Source: Catajapyx aquilonaris
Lineage: Eukaryota
Reading direction: 5' to 3'
DNA length: 40,046 nucleotides
Assembly: GCA_000934665.2 (NCBI GenBank)
Contig: JYFJ02003584.1
Location: 1 to 40,046, forward strand
The first letter of the stretch is position 1, and each line of letters begins with the position of its first letter. Made by a program: the position numbers and the translations under genes. The notes below the pieces were generated by a model. It saw nothing but the letters and a program-made list of their open reading frames with translations, did not search any database and was not told where the DNA came from. Positions 1-11,968 of the stretch are shown here, in pieces.

Positions 1-320
1 CCAGCCGCGGGGGGAAACTGCCGCTCACCGCTATGCACATGCTTACGTTTTCATTTAATATTTGCATGCAAAAAATGTATACGTTGAATCCGGATATAAC
101 ATCCTCGGCTACAACCGATCCTTGGTTATAGCAGACTGGTCCCGCCATACTCACGTACTCTATGGCCTGTGTATTTAGCTACAACAGACTCGGTTTGGAC
201 AGACTGATTTGCGCGGTTTTTTGATATCCGCGAGTCTCATGTAGTTTTTTTTCGGGCAATGATTAAAGACCGTTATTGGAAATATCATCCCCTAAAAGAC
301 TCAAGGAGCCATATCGCGAG

Positions 321-339
321 GTATCCATTATTATTATCG

Positions 340-404
<65 letters not shown>

Positions 405-406
405 CG

Positions 407-445
<39 letters not shown>

Positions 446-891
446 GTTTATTATTATTATTAATGTTGTTGTTGTTAGCACAAGTGATGGTTACCAGACG
501 TCCCGGATTGTCCGGGACTGTCCGGAATATCCACCCATTGTCCCGGATTCTTTTAGGGGTCATTCGGGATACCAATTTGTCTCGGATTGCGCCAAATTGT
601 CACGGTCATAGCAGATATTGGAAAATCACTTCTTATCTGCGCATTAATACCGTATATGGACATAATTATACTGTACCTATATCGTATACAGTACAGCATA
701 CCAGATGATATATTATACGTGGACATACATAGGCTATATGATGCAGGTACCCGGGTCAACCTAATAACCAATACATATAAATTATCATGGAAGTAATTAA
801 GTAAACTATACAGTCAAAGAACTACAACGACGACGACGACGACAACAGGCCTAACAACAGCAACAACAGGCCTAACAACAACAACATTAAC

Positions 892-924
<33 letters not shown>

Positions 925-946
925 CGATAATAATAATAATGGATGC
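321..946. repeat. Fold-back structure: (TAT)n/(GTT)n arm at ~321-480 inverted against (AAC)n/(ATA)n arm at ~870-946
   Basis: ATCCATTATTATTATCGTTTATT (323) pairs with AATAAACGATAAT...AATGGAT (to 944). TTAATGTTGTTGTTGTTAG pairs with CTAACAACAACAACATTAA. Confidence 0.8.
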
Positions 947-1312
947 GGAACCTGGTTAAAATAAGCCTTGCCGTTACGGACAAGGCGCTAATCGCAGCTA
1001 GTGGAAAATCGCGTTTAATGACATGCAGTACCGGTGGCGCTGCATGCACGTGATCGATTATATGTGATGATTAAGGTACAGTTAGGGCATAAATTGTTCG
1101 TTTCTGATATTAGGAGTGGACGTACAGGCGTTCCAAAAAAAAAATTTTAAATAAAAAAATATTAGATTTTATGGCCCCGCACGGATAAGCCGAAAGACGG
1201 ATAATCGGGAGAACAGTGTACATCGGATTTATGCGTTTGTTGTCGCGGGTTTCTTGACCTTTTCTTCAGTTTTCATATGTACAGTACAGTACATTGCTGG
1301 GTGTGACATTTG

Positions 1313-1398
1313 GGAAATTTGGCCACTCTTGGGATCTTTAACGTGCACTCGCCCATGGGCGAGTGCACGTTAAAGATCCCCAGAGTGGCCAAATTTCC
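1313..1398. repeat. 86-bp near-perfect spacer-less palindrome
   Basis: Centre CCCA|TGGG at 1355/1356; one mismatch (1330 vs 1381). Confidence 0.95.
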
Positions 1399-1751
1399 AG
1401 GAGGAGGACCACCCCCTGGCGTCGGTGTTGAGCCTTCTAGAGGCGGAAATAGGCCGGCGTTAAGCCCCACTGAACCCAGTACATATATTGTTAGGGGACA
1501 ATAACGCACGCACCAAGCACACGAGGAAAATAAGGCGACAACTTTTCCCTTATTCCTGCGAGAAATGACCCATGATGAATGCAAAAAAAGTCTCCATGGT
1601 CTCAGCTTGATATTCTCTAGCTGAAACACTTCAAAAAATCTTCCTTTTTGTTTTACTGTCTACTTTCAGCATATCATACAACCAACTTTATTGTCAACGA
1701 GAATGATGTATACGTATTGCCATTTTTGTCTTGAAATGCCATGATTTCTGC

Positions 1752-1793
1752 CATTACTCCTTAGGAAACATGCATGTTTCCTAAGGAGTAATG
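1752..1793. repeat. 42-bp perfect palindrome upstream of fucosyltransferase 1
   Basis: CATTACTCCTTAGGAAACATG|CATGTTTCCTAAGGAGTAATG. Confidence 0.95.
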
Positions 1794-1957
1794 TTTAAAT
1801 GAAAAGATCACACACTCTCATACGCAGAGAAAAATAAAAGAATTCCGCCAGTCGTTGGCTCCATAGCAACTGTTTCCAATATACAATTCACCTGACAACA
1901 ATATATAGTTCGTCTCTTGCCAGGACTGCAACAGGCCATTTAAAAAAATAAGTAGAG

Positions 1958-3590
1958 ATGAAACCGCAGTGTTTGCTACCCTCCATGCTTCTAGCGGCTT
2001 CTCTCATTACGCTTATGTTGATCGCAATTACGGATCCATTGAACTATTCAATTAGACATGGGTCCTCTTATTTAAACACTTCTCCTCCAATACGTGCCAA
2101 GTATAAGAGTATACTCTTCTGGAACAAGTACTGGGACGAGCCTTTCTTCTACTTTGGCGAGGGTCACAAACCTTTCATGACCCACAACTGCTCTCAGACC
2201 AACTGCTTCACATCGGCTGACAGGTAAGAAAAGTATATTTGCAGGCCCTGTATTGAATGTGATGGGCCCCGTTTACATAATGTGTAACGGGAATACCCCA
2301 GCTTGACGATGGTCGTCAAATAGGATTTCCTTTACATAATGAGCGATTTGATCAGAGATTTGAAATAATCGCAGGAGCCTCCTTCCTCTGGAGGAATGGG
2401 ATGCGATTGTCTTTCATGGTGTCCAGTTGAATGGTAAGGACATGCCGAGCAGACGATCATGGAGTCAGCGGTATGTCTTCTACTTGATGGAATCTCCCAG
2501 TATGACCTGGACGGATCTGAAACTGTACAACAACTTCTTCAACTGGACAGTCACTTACAGGCAAGTGTGTTTATTTCCCAAGTAGCACGAATCGCCCTGG
2601 AATATCCCATGGATATCCAGATATCCACTGAATCGCCACTGGATATTTGGATATCCATGGGATATCCCAGGGTGATTCGTGCTACTTGGGTTGGGACAAT
2701 ATAAGGACGACACTGACCTGATTTTTTTCCAGGTCTGACTCGGATATCCACGATCCTATGAACACAATTTACCCAAAGTCGTCCAGTAGCGTCCAGAGTG
2801 TGACACGTTGGCTTCCAGAAACCCCGTACGATGGTCCAAACATGGCTTCTGGAAAGGACAGGATGGTCGCCATATTCGTGTCACACTGCAGCACCCACAG
2901 CAAACGAGAACTGTTGGTGGCCGAGCTGTCTAGGTACATCGAGGTGCATGCGTACGGAAGGTGCGGGAACATGTCGTGTCCACGAACGAACGAGGGACAC
3001 TGCAGGGAAATGCTGGACAAACGCTACAAGTTCTACCTGGCCTTTGAGAACTCCCTGTGCGATGAATACGTCACCGAGAAGTTCTTCCACACCATGAATC
3101 TCAACGTAAGCTTCGGACTGTCACTCACATTAGAGCGGAAACCCGGACTCGAATAGAGTGAAATCAGTTTCGCTCACTGAAAAGTATCCCGTTCATTTGC
3201 ACACTTTTCAAGTAATTTTCCATGCAATTAATCTTTGCGGAATAACATTCGTTCATTTTCAAGACTCACAGGTGTGTTTTATTCCAGGTGATACCGGTGG
3301 TGTACGGCGGTGCTGACTACTCCAAAGTGGCACCTCCTCGGTCATACATCGACGCCAGGTCATTTCCGACGGTCAAACACCTGGCCGAGTACCTGATTCG
3401 ACTGGACAAAAATGATAGCATGTACAACCAGTACTTCTGGTGGAAGAAGTACTACAAAGTGGGCACGCCAGTCCATGCCGACACGTTCTGTCGCCTGTGC
3501 GACATGCTCCACACAAATGTACAGAGCAGAGTTTACGAAGACATGCACGACTGGTGGATTCGGAAAGGGAACTGCATTGTTCATAAGTGA
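1958..3590 (+). CDS. Alpha-1,3-fucosyltransferase (GT10, FucTC-like), copy 1; exons 1958-2223, 2375-2560, 2733-3105, 3288-3590
   Basis: N-terminal TM anchor, ILFWN, FNWTVTYRSDSDI, FVSHC, and the GT10 motif YKFYLAFENSLCDEYVTEKF plus VIPVVYGG. Exon phases are consistent; intron 2 is GC-AG. Confidence 0.93.
2577..2690. mobile_element. 114-bp palindromic MITE in intron 2 of copy 1
   Basis: Termini CCCAAGTAGCACGAATC...GATTCGTGCTACTTGGG, flanked by TT. Absent from the homologous 57-nt intron of copy 2. Confidence 0.85.
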
Positions 3591-4246
3591 TTAACTAGTG
3601 AAGAATCAGGCACATAAGTTATTTTAGGGATTTTTCACAATTAAAATGTTGCGTAATTAGCATTTTGAAAATACTAGTTTTACAATTATTTCTGACTCCC
3701 ACCGTTGCATATGTGCAACACGCTGTAGGCTACTACACGCCTACTACACATCATGTAAAAATATTTTTCTGGAGATGGGCACCTGAAGTAACTTGGTTAA
3801 TACTGGATTTCATAATTCTGTAGAAATTAACCTGGGAATCACAGAGGGTTACTGTAGTACGATATGTTATCACGTTACATGTCCACTGAGCATCTCGTAC
3901 AAAGGTCAAAATGATTAAGTTTCTAGTAGATACTATAGGAAATGAATTATTTTGGTAACAACATGACGGCAGATGAAAATGACAGATATTTTTTTGTTGT
4001 AGCCATTTGGCCCACTTTTGCAACGAATACACAAGTTGTCTGCTGTCATACACACAAAAATGTTTTGACACACTAAATGGGCATAATCATCAAATTTTTT
4101 TTTGCAATAAAAAACTTTATATTCGCATACTAAGAAGTACTGTCAATATGAACAGGTGTTGCCTTGCCGTCCCCTCTACTTCCTGCACCTTTATTACATG
4201 ATATATGCTCCGCAAGTGTGCAGTGCGCCTAATAAATCAAGTAGAG

Positions 4247-5705
4247 ATGAAACCGCAGCGTTTGCTACTCTCCGTGCTTCTAGTGGCTTCTCTCATTATT
4301 GCGCTTGTGTTCATTGTAATTATGGATCGATTGAACTATCCAATTAGATCAAGAAGTACGGCGGTTAACAAGATGAGGAATAAGAGTATACTCTTATGGA
4401 ACAAGTTCTTCAGCCAGCCTTTCTTCAACTTTGGTGAGGGCCACGAACCTTTCCTGACGCACAGCTGCGCTCAGGCCAACTGCTTCACATCGGCTGACAG
4501 GTAAGAAACGTTTATAGTTGCAGGCCCTGTTACTTATTGGTGTTGCAATAATCGCAGGAGCCTCCTTCCCCTGGAGGAATGGGACGCGATTGTCTTTCAC
4601 GGTGTCCAGTTGAATGGTACGGACATGCCAAGCAGACGATCATGGAGTCAGCGGTATGTCTTCTACTTGCTGGAATCTCCCAGTATGACCTGGTCGGATC
4701 TGAAACTGTACAACAACTTCTTCAATTGGACAGTCACTTACAGGCAATAAGTGTGTTTGGGACCATATATAAGGACGACACTGACCTGATTTTTCTCCAG
4801 GTCTGACTCGGATATCCACCAACCTTACAACAGAATTTACCCAAGGTCGTCCAGTAGCGATCCTTCTACCTGGAGCGTGACACGTTGGCTTCCAGAAACC
4901 CTGTACGATGGTCCAAACATTGCTTCCGGAAAGGACAGGATGGCCGCCATATTCGTGTCACACTGCCGCACCCACAGCAAACGAGAACTGTTGGTGGATG
5001 AGCTGTCTAGGTACATCGAGGTGCATGCGTACGGAAGGTGCGGGAACATGTCGTGTCCACGAACGAATGAGAAACACTGCAGGGAAATGCTGGACAAACG
5101 CTACAAGTTCTACCTAGCCTTTGAGAACTCCCTGTGCGATGAATACGTCACCGAGAAGTTCTTCCACACCATGAATCTCAACGTAAGCTTCGAATTTACA
5201 CTCACATTAGAGCGAAAACCCGCACTCGAATAGAGTGAAATCAGTTTCGCTCACTGAAAAGTATCCCGTTCATTTGCACACTTCTTTCGAGTAATATATT
5301 CCATGCAATTAATCTTTGCGGAATGACATTCACTTATCTTTTTCCCCAGTTGTCCATTCATTTTCAAGAGTACACAGGTGTGTGTCTTTCCAGGTGATAC
5401 CGGTGGTGTACGGCGGTGCTGACTACTCCAAAGTGGCACCTCCTCGGTCATACATCGACGCCAGGTCATTTCCGACGGTCAAACACCTGGCCGAGTACCT
5501 GATTCGACTGGGCAAAAATGATAGCATGTACAACCAGTACTTCTGGTGGAAAAAGCATTACAAAGTTGGCGCGCCAGTCGGTACCGACCGGTTCTGTCGT
5601 CTGTGCGACATGCTCCACACAAATGTACAGAGCAGCGTTTACGAAGACATGCACGACTGGTGGATTCGGAAAGGGAACTGCATTGTTCATAACTATCATA
5701 AGTGA
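4247..5705 (+). CDS. Alpha-1,3-fucosyltransferase (GT10), copy 2; exons 4247-4500, 4558-4743, 4801-5182, 5394-5705
   Basis: Same motifs and intron positions as copy 1. The intron 2 donor is an unusually weak GCAATA. Confidence 0.88.
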
Positions 5706-5969
5706 TTAAAATACTTGCCAAAAAAATATTTGCTGAATTTCTAATACCCTATCGACCAACAGGAGTCTATTAATATGATCTGGCACACATTTCCTTCACA
5801 ATAGAAACACACTTGCATCATCTATATGCAAATGTGCCAAATTTGCATGCAGTTGGCTGTGCGAAAATCGCGGCGGCATGTCATTCTGATGTCGATTCTT
5901 ACGACGGAGGGTAAGTACAATTTTCGCACACATTGTTGCAAATCATTTACATATGATTACGTCTGTAGT

Positions 5970-7548
5970 ATGAGGCCTCGTTGCAACTTTCGGATCCTTA
6001 TTGTATGCGTGTGTGTCACGTTGCTGGTCATCTTCGTTAGGCATGCGACCTACCCGATTGACCTCCGACCTTGGAGTAGGTCAGGTACCCACATCTTTTA
6101 CAATATGCTCACAACATAACTGGTATGTAGATCCCAGCCGTCCTGAATCGATGACGGTCATATCGGACAGATACGTGTCCACTCATCCCTGCGGATGCTT
6201 CTGACTCCAGGTGTCCAACGTACAGGACAACCAATCGACATGTAGCCGGTACGCCAGTGGGAGAGGACCTGGACAGCTTGTGGTTTCGTTCGGATTTTAC
6301 GGGACTCATAGCCACAAGAGAAAATATTTTCTGGTGAGTCGATGGCTGATTTTCGCTCATATAAGAAAATCTATAGAACCGTCTGTCCGTCCGTCCGTGA
6401 ACATGTATCAGCGACAAACGGTTTTCTGATTGACCCTTTGGAAAACGGTATTAAAATTTCTGTTGTTTCCAGGGCATTGAAGGCAACGCGGTTCTGATGC
6501 CCACTTATTACAATGGATGGACAATGCGGGTGTACCATAACGTGGCGACAAACGACGTTGTCCACAAGACATTGTGCGCCCTGGAGTGCAGGTTTCCTTT
6601 CCTAGACCTGTGCTCCGTGTCGGACATACCACTGTACGGCAATCTATCCAGTAAGTACAGCAGTCGGCTTGAATGATGTTCTCACAGCATTTAACGGCAG
6701 ATTGGATCGCCCCAGCCTGGAGGTTCCTGCCCCTGGGCGACCCCCAGGTGGACTACTTTGTGAGTCGAGACCTGGACGGCCGGTTCTCCTCCAGGGAAGT
6801 GGCTGCAGTGTCCGATTGGATCGGATCAGGGAAGACCTGGCACATCATGAGGGACCATCCCAGTCACAAATGGGCTCCCAATTTTTGGTAACATACGGTC
6901 GTGCGCAGCCTGGACAAACAGACGGAAAGACTGAGATTGCGAATATTTCATTTCCCAGCTGGAATGTGGGGCGCTTACTTGCGGAATAAACCCATGCTGC
7001 TACGTCAAGCGCTAGAAGACATGATGCGTTACGTAGTCAACAAGACTGTCATGTATGGTAACGACCAGTTCATGCTGCGTGACATTGTCTGGCCGCTAGT
7101 TCACGGTAAGACTTTAGCGAAATTTGGCAGCACTGCCCAGCCCACCCTCCACTTGGACGTAGAACGATATGTCGCTATCTCGTTGACTCATCACCAACGT
7201 GCATGTCGTACTGAGAGGGGCAGTAGTGAGCAGAATGAGCGCCATCTGATATCAGATGGCGCTCATTCTGCTCACTACTGCCCCTCTCAGTACGACATGC
7301 ACGTTGGTGATGAGTCAACGAGTCTAACCGCTTAATTATGATCATTACGTACACAGGAGACAGCGTGAGGCACGACAGCTACCTGTGCCAGCAGAACTAC
7401 ACTGCGGATGTCCGTCCTTGGCCGACACGAAGAGACAACAAGACAGCACAACTTCGTAGGAGCACCGCTGACCTTCAAGAATCAATTGAACGCCACATGT
7501 CCTGAGATATGCAGGCCAATTGACCACCAAGATTGGCGCACTTGCTAA
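5970..7548 (+). pseudogene. Uncharacterised type II membrane DxD (glycosyltransferase-like) gene with two apparent frameshifts; exons ~5970-6084, 6131-6156 (tentative), 6211-6333, 6473-6650, 6701-6887, 6959-7105, 7357-7548
   Basis: TM anchor, then VVSFGFYG, GWTMRVYH, WRFLPLGDPQVDYFVSRDLD, HIMRDHPSH, AGMWG, DQFML, HDSYLC and CPEICRPIDHQDWRTC*. +1 shifts are needed near 6868 and 7435-7449. AATAAA at ~7565. Confidence 0.7.
7179..7322. repeat. 144-bp perfect spacer-less palindrome in an intron
   Basis: 72-bp arms centred on GAT|ATC at 7250/7251. Confidence 0.95.
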
Positions 7549-7812
7549 TATATTGCACAGCTTCAATAAAAAAAGAAGTGCGCACGTAATCAAATCATTA
7601 TTTCGCGACACTTTGTACTGCGTAAACAAACTGATGTGTGTACAGTACACAAAAAGCATATAATTTGGATGGTACGTTACTGGTATGAATACGTCTCTTG
7701 TTAATCGCACGCAAAATTTTTTAGAAACGTTAAGTTGTAATGACATATGGTACAAGCGGTTGAGGTACATTTCGAACAAGTGTGGGCTTGCTCAAGTGCT
7801 GCCAAAAAAAGT

Positions 7813-8266
7813 TCACTTCCCAAATCCTCCTCGGCATTTTGGACTCGGATCCACATCCTCGCTGTCTTGCCACTGGGTTGGGGTCTTCGCCTGAGGGGGA
7901 CAAAATTGCGTATTAGAAGCGACATCAGATTTTCAATTTAATTTCAATTTTTAAAAACCGCAACGTTTATCAAAGACGTACCGATAAACCAGACATACTC
8001 ACAACAATTGACAGGGCATGTACTCCGCTGGAAAGCTCTTCCTGCAAGGTCTCGTTAACCAAGCGATGCCTCTGAAGCAACGGTATGTTGTGAAACGCAT
8101 CCGAGACGACGACGACCTTGAAGTGCGTCTCGCTCCCCTTGGGCACGTTGTGCATGTACGACTCGTTTATGATCTGCACGTGCTGTGGACTGAACCTTCC
8201 CGTCAGTTTATCCCTGATGGAAGTCTCCACAGGTTTATTTGCAGCATCGCAGCTGCCGCCTTCCAT
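7813..8266 (-). CDS. BOLA1: BolA-like protein (BOLA1 type); exons 8266-8003, 7890-7813; an upstream targeting-peptide exon is possible
   Basis: INESYMHNVPKGSETHFKVVVVSDAF...QRHRLVN...GVHALSIV|AKTPTQW...SPKCRGG, joined by a GTGAGT...CAG phase-0 intron. Confidence 0.92.
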
Positions 8267-8484
8267 CGCAGTCCTAACCAGCTGCCGACGCGGTTGAAGG
8301 ATCAAAACGGTTGCTGTAATTAGCAAATATTTAAGTGCAATAATTAGCGTGAAAGTGTCATTGCGGCGCCCAGGGTACGACAATCCCGCTGATTTGCAGT
8401 GCAGTTCATGACTTGTAATGTAATCAACATATATTTGCAACTCTACATGTTCTGTACATTGTAACAACTAAGCACCACACAGTA

Positions 8485-8675
8485 CCGTCAAACGGGGTGA
8501 GAATGTGCCAAGGTGGGGTGAGATTGTGCCAACCTAGACCATCCCTAAAATGTAGTAAAACATGCTTTAAAATTCGCTAGTTCACACCTGCTGCCACTAG
8601 GGCGCACTGTAGTTGTCCCAAAAATACGCTGGCACAATCTCACCCCATCTGGCACAATCTCACCCCGTTTGGCGG
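8485..8675. mobile_element. Tc1/mariner-pogo-type MITE
   Basis: TIRs CCGTCAAACGGGGTGAGA / TCTCACCCCGTTTGGCGG with doubled subterminal GGGGTGAGAnTGTGCCA; TA on both flanks. Confidence 0.85.
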
Positions 8676-8854
8676 TAATGAACAATTATATATGTAATTT
8701 CCACTGCATTATTTTAAGACAGAGTTTATATATTTTTTAAAAAAAGTACCCAGTTTACGTCCGGAGTCCAGGCGGGTCAAAATACCAGACATTTTTCTTT
8801 GCCAAAAATATTAGCGAACATCACACTGCGCACGCTGTCACAAGCGCGCGGATG

Positions 8855-9100
8855 CCACGATTGGTTCCTCAAGAACAAACAGATGGCGGACCAATCAGAG
8901 CTTAAGAGAGCACCACATTGCCATACAGTGTAAACACTAATTAAAAACAATTGTTGCAATTATAGCCCGAATAATGTTGCGAATTAATTGCACATTTAAT
9001 TCATTTGAACAGTTAAAATAATAATCAGGAAATTTTGCAGTTCATGTTCGCAAAAATCACAATGTTTTCCGCCTGGTTGGATTGGCAACACTGATTGGAG
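8855..9100. promoter_or_regulatory. Probable bidirectional promoter between BolA and the zinc-finger gene
   Basis: CCAAT boxes (ATTGG ~8860, CCAAT 8891, ATTGG 9081 and 9094), AGATGGCGG at 8881, TGGCAACACTG at 9083-9093; genes are divergent. Confidence 0.5.
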
Positions 9101-9279
9101 CCGGAATGTTCTATTTTTTTGTTGTTGTTGTTGACAGGTTTGTTCTATTTGCTAATTACTCGTTAACTAATTACTAGAAAAACAATGTACGACACACACT
9201 GGCTTGTGCCATGTCTTTTTTTGCTTTAATTCCGACTGTAATTAACATGTGGCATTGCACAGTACGTTTGGAAGACATT

Positions 9280-9485
9280 ATTTTTTTAGTTCGAATTTGT
9301 GTTCCATTCAATTGATTATTTTTTGTTCGAATTTGTATTCCATTCAATGGAATTATTTTTTGTTCGAATTTGTGTTCCATTCAATGGAATTATTTTTTGT
9401 TCGAATTTGTATTCCATTCAATGGATTTTTTTTGGTTCAAATTTGTGTTCCATTCAGTGGAATTATTTTTTGTTCGAATTTGTGN
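9280..9485. repeat. Minisatellite, ~36-37-bp unit, ~5.5 copies, ending at an N
   Basis: Unit TTTTTTGTTCGAATTTGT(G/A)TTCCATTCAATGGAATTA. Confidence 0.92.
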
Positions 9486-9879
9486 TTTAATTGCCAGCAT
9501 GTCATTTTAATTACTAATTGCAATGGTCATGCGATGTTAAACGGCCAAATAAAATAATAAGCATACTGTAGCTCCCTAAATAAGGTTAATGTCAATAATA
9601 AACACCATGAGATAGCATATCATGTAATAGAAAATAATAACATAATGTAATAATAATAATAATAAATGCCAGTACGTAAGGCGATTGTTAATAATATCGA
9701 CCTGTCATTTCCAGATTATCGGCGTTAATATGTAATCGAGCCCTGAACCTCTGGGAATTAATCACTTAATTAGCCATACAAGCAACAGTCAGCTGACGAT
9801 GTAAGTTTTATTTGCGTAAATGTACGCAAGTACTGGTTTAATTATATATGTACAAACTGTTCCAGATCCAGCGACTAGG

Positions 9880-10674
9880 ATGGAATTACCGATGACGGCA
9901 CGGTGCGATTACACCCAGCAGTTCGAAGAGGTGTCCACTTCGACCGCCTGGAATCAGATGGAGGAAGCGTTGGTCGCAGGAAGCGAAGATGAAGCAGCGT
10001 CGGCCAGCTTGATGCTGTACCTAAGTGGGGACGTTTTCATGGAGCAGCCAAGTGCGAGTGCCACTGCGATGGAGGCACCCGAGTGCGATACGTGCGGGAA
10101 GAGGTACAACCGGAGATGTCTTAAACCCGCAGGATCCGCAGAGAAGACGCATGTGTGCGAGTGCGGGGCCGCGTTTGCCAAACGCAGCGCATGGAAGGAC
10201 CACCAGCGTACTCACATGGTCGCGAGGCCGTTCGCATGCCACTGCGGGAAGACATTCAAGTTCAAAAGCAGCTTGAGGGTCCACCAGCGAACCCACACGG
10301 GCGAGAGGCCATTTTCATGCTACTGCGGGATGCGATTCACGGAGAGCGGACCGTTGAAGAAACACATGCTGACTCACACGGGCCAGAAGCCGTACGCATG
10401 CGAATGCGGATTGTCATTCGCTCGCAAGGACACCCTGGTTACGCACCGAGTCACACACACCGGGGTGAAACAGTTCGCGTGTCTCGAGTGCGGGAGAGAA
10501 TTTGCGCACAAGTCAACCCTCACGAAGCACAATCGCATCCACACTGGCGAGAACAAGCCGTACTCCTGCACCGATTGCAACAAGTCGTTTTCCGACAAGC
10601 GGTTTTTGGACCGACACAAGCTCCGCCACGCAGCCGAGAAGCAAGACTCATTTAATGCAACAGTCAGCTCTTAA
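9880..10674 (+). CDS. Kruppel-type C2H2 zinc-finger protein (6 fingers plus 1 degenerate); start codon uncertain
   Basis: Repeated C..C-x3-F-x5-L-x2-H-x3-H with HTGERPF, HTGQKPY and HTGENKPY linkers. Acidic N-terminus; AATAAA at ~10812. Confidence 0.9.
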   Translation: MELPMTARCDYTQQFEEVSTSTAWNQMEEALVAGSEDEAASASLMLYLSGDVFMEQPSASATAMEAPECDTCGKRYNRRCLKPAGSAEKTHVCECGAAFAKRSAWKDHQRTHMVARPFACHCGKTFKFKSSLRVHQRTHTGERPFSCYCGMRFTESGPLKKHMLTHTGQKPYACECGLSFARKDTLVTHRVTHTGVKQFACLECGREFAHKSTLTKHNRIHTGENKPYSCTDCNKSFSDKRFLDRHKLRHAAEKQDSFNATVSS

Positions 10675-11094
10675 TATGAACAAAAACCAGTGGTTCATTT
10701 TACCAACAATCGTTCTGGATGTAACTCCCCGGATGGCGTCGTATGTTGATCGTACCGGTTTTTAACAGCAACTACTGTTGATATCACATGTTAACGAGTT
10801 ATTGTTCTGGCAATAAATACTGACCTTGTCAAAGTAACCTCAGGTCGATTTACATGCGGTCAATGTTCGCTCAACAATCGCTGATCAAATCACATGCATG
10901 TAAACGCGGCTGAATGATTTCCAACAATGTTATGCGCATCGCCGTATTTCATGCGGACAAAACGTATGTAACGGGGCAAAATATGCGCCGAATTATTTTT
11001 CAAAAAAAGAGGCCTTATTGCGATTAACGTTCACGCTCTGAGACATTTATTGGGCAAACAGATGCACCAACACTAGAACACCAGGGTTTCACTT

Positions 11095-11968
11095 TTAATA
11101 CTGACGAAACGAACGGTGTTTTCCGATGACCAGCGGTATAGGAATGGGTAGCCCTTTCAACATCCTGCACAAAGCCGCAATGGGTCTGGTACGTTTGCTC
11201 CAATCGGGGTCGTAACCGTACACTCTTCGAAGAGCATTGTAGGCGTAATTCAGTCTCGTGAACGACCCCGCGTACATTACGCCTGCTCTGAACATGTCCT
11301 CATGCAGTGAGCTCCAGACCAGCTGCGCTTCTAAGGCCACTATGCTGGTCCACTTCATGGGCCACATCCCCGGCACGAACTCCTCTCCTTTAAGCAACTT
11401 GTTGCATATGCTGGTGATCATGGTCATTAGCGTGTTGACGTGATTGAAGATCATAAAAAACGATGTGATCTGACTCTCCACCAGCAGCATCGCTTCTTTC
11501 ACTACCGCTCTCCCATCGTCCCCTTGCAACTTCTTTCCAACCAGTGCCCTCAGCATTGTTCCCAGCTCCTCCAGCCCTGCGTTCGCCTTGTCAACCGCAG
11601 GTTCCACCGCAGCCTCGATCATCTCCATCTCATCCAGCGCCACATCCAAGCACGTATCATCAGCGACATCATCCGCAGCGTCAATCACCTCATCCTGCGA
11701 AGAGTCGCAATTAGAAAAAAAAAATCCCTAAATTTTGGCGACCAGTTCAAACTCACCAAGACCGCATCTTTCCATTCCCAGACGTCAAACATCAGGCTAA
11801 CCGACAGCCAAAAGTTGCGCTTGTAATCCTCGTAATTTTGGTAAACCCTGTCGGAGATCACAGCCTCCCACTCGGAATCATCCGTCACATCTAGGATCAC
11901 CTGAAAAACACAAGTCGTACAAGCGGATGTCTCAAGAGAAAAAGCGTGCAGTAACTCACCAGCTTCAT
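11095..11968 (-). CDS. Orphan protein, family member 1; exons ~11968-11960, 11900-11757, 11694-11095 (5' end uncertain)
   Basis: Two GTGAGT...CAG phase-0 introns join open frames; AATAAA on the - strand at ~11047. Confidence 0.72.

Noticed and set aside
259..1049. ORFs with poly-I/Y/L tracts
   Set aside because: Translations of (TAT)n and (AAC)n microsatellites.
1273..1629. ORFs containing GNLATLGIFNVHSPMGECTLKIPRVAKFP on both strands
   Set aside because: Consequence of the 86-bp palindrome.
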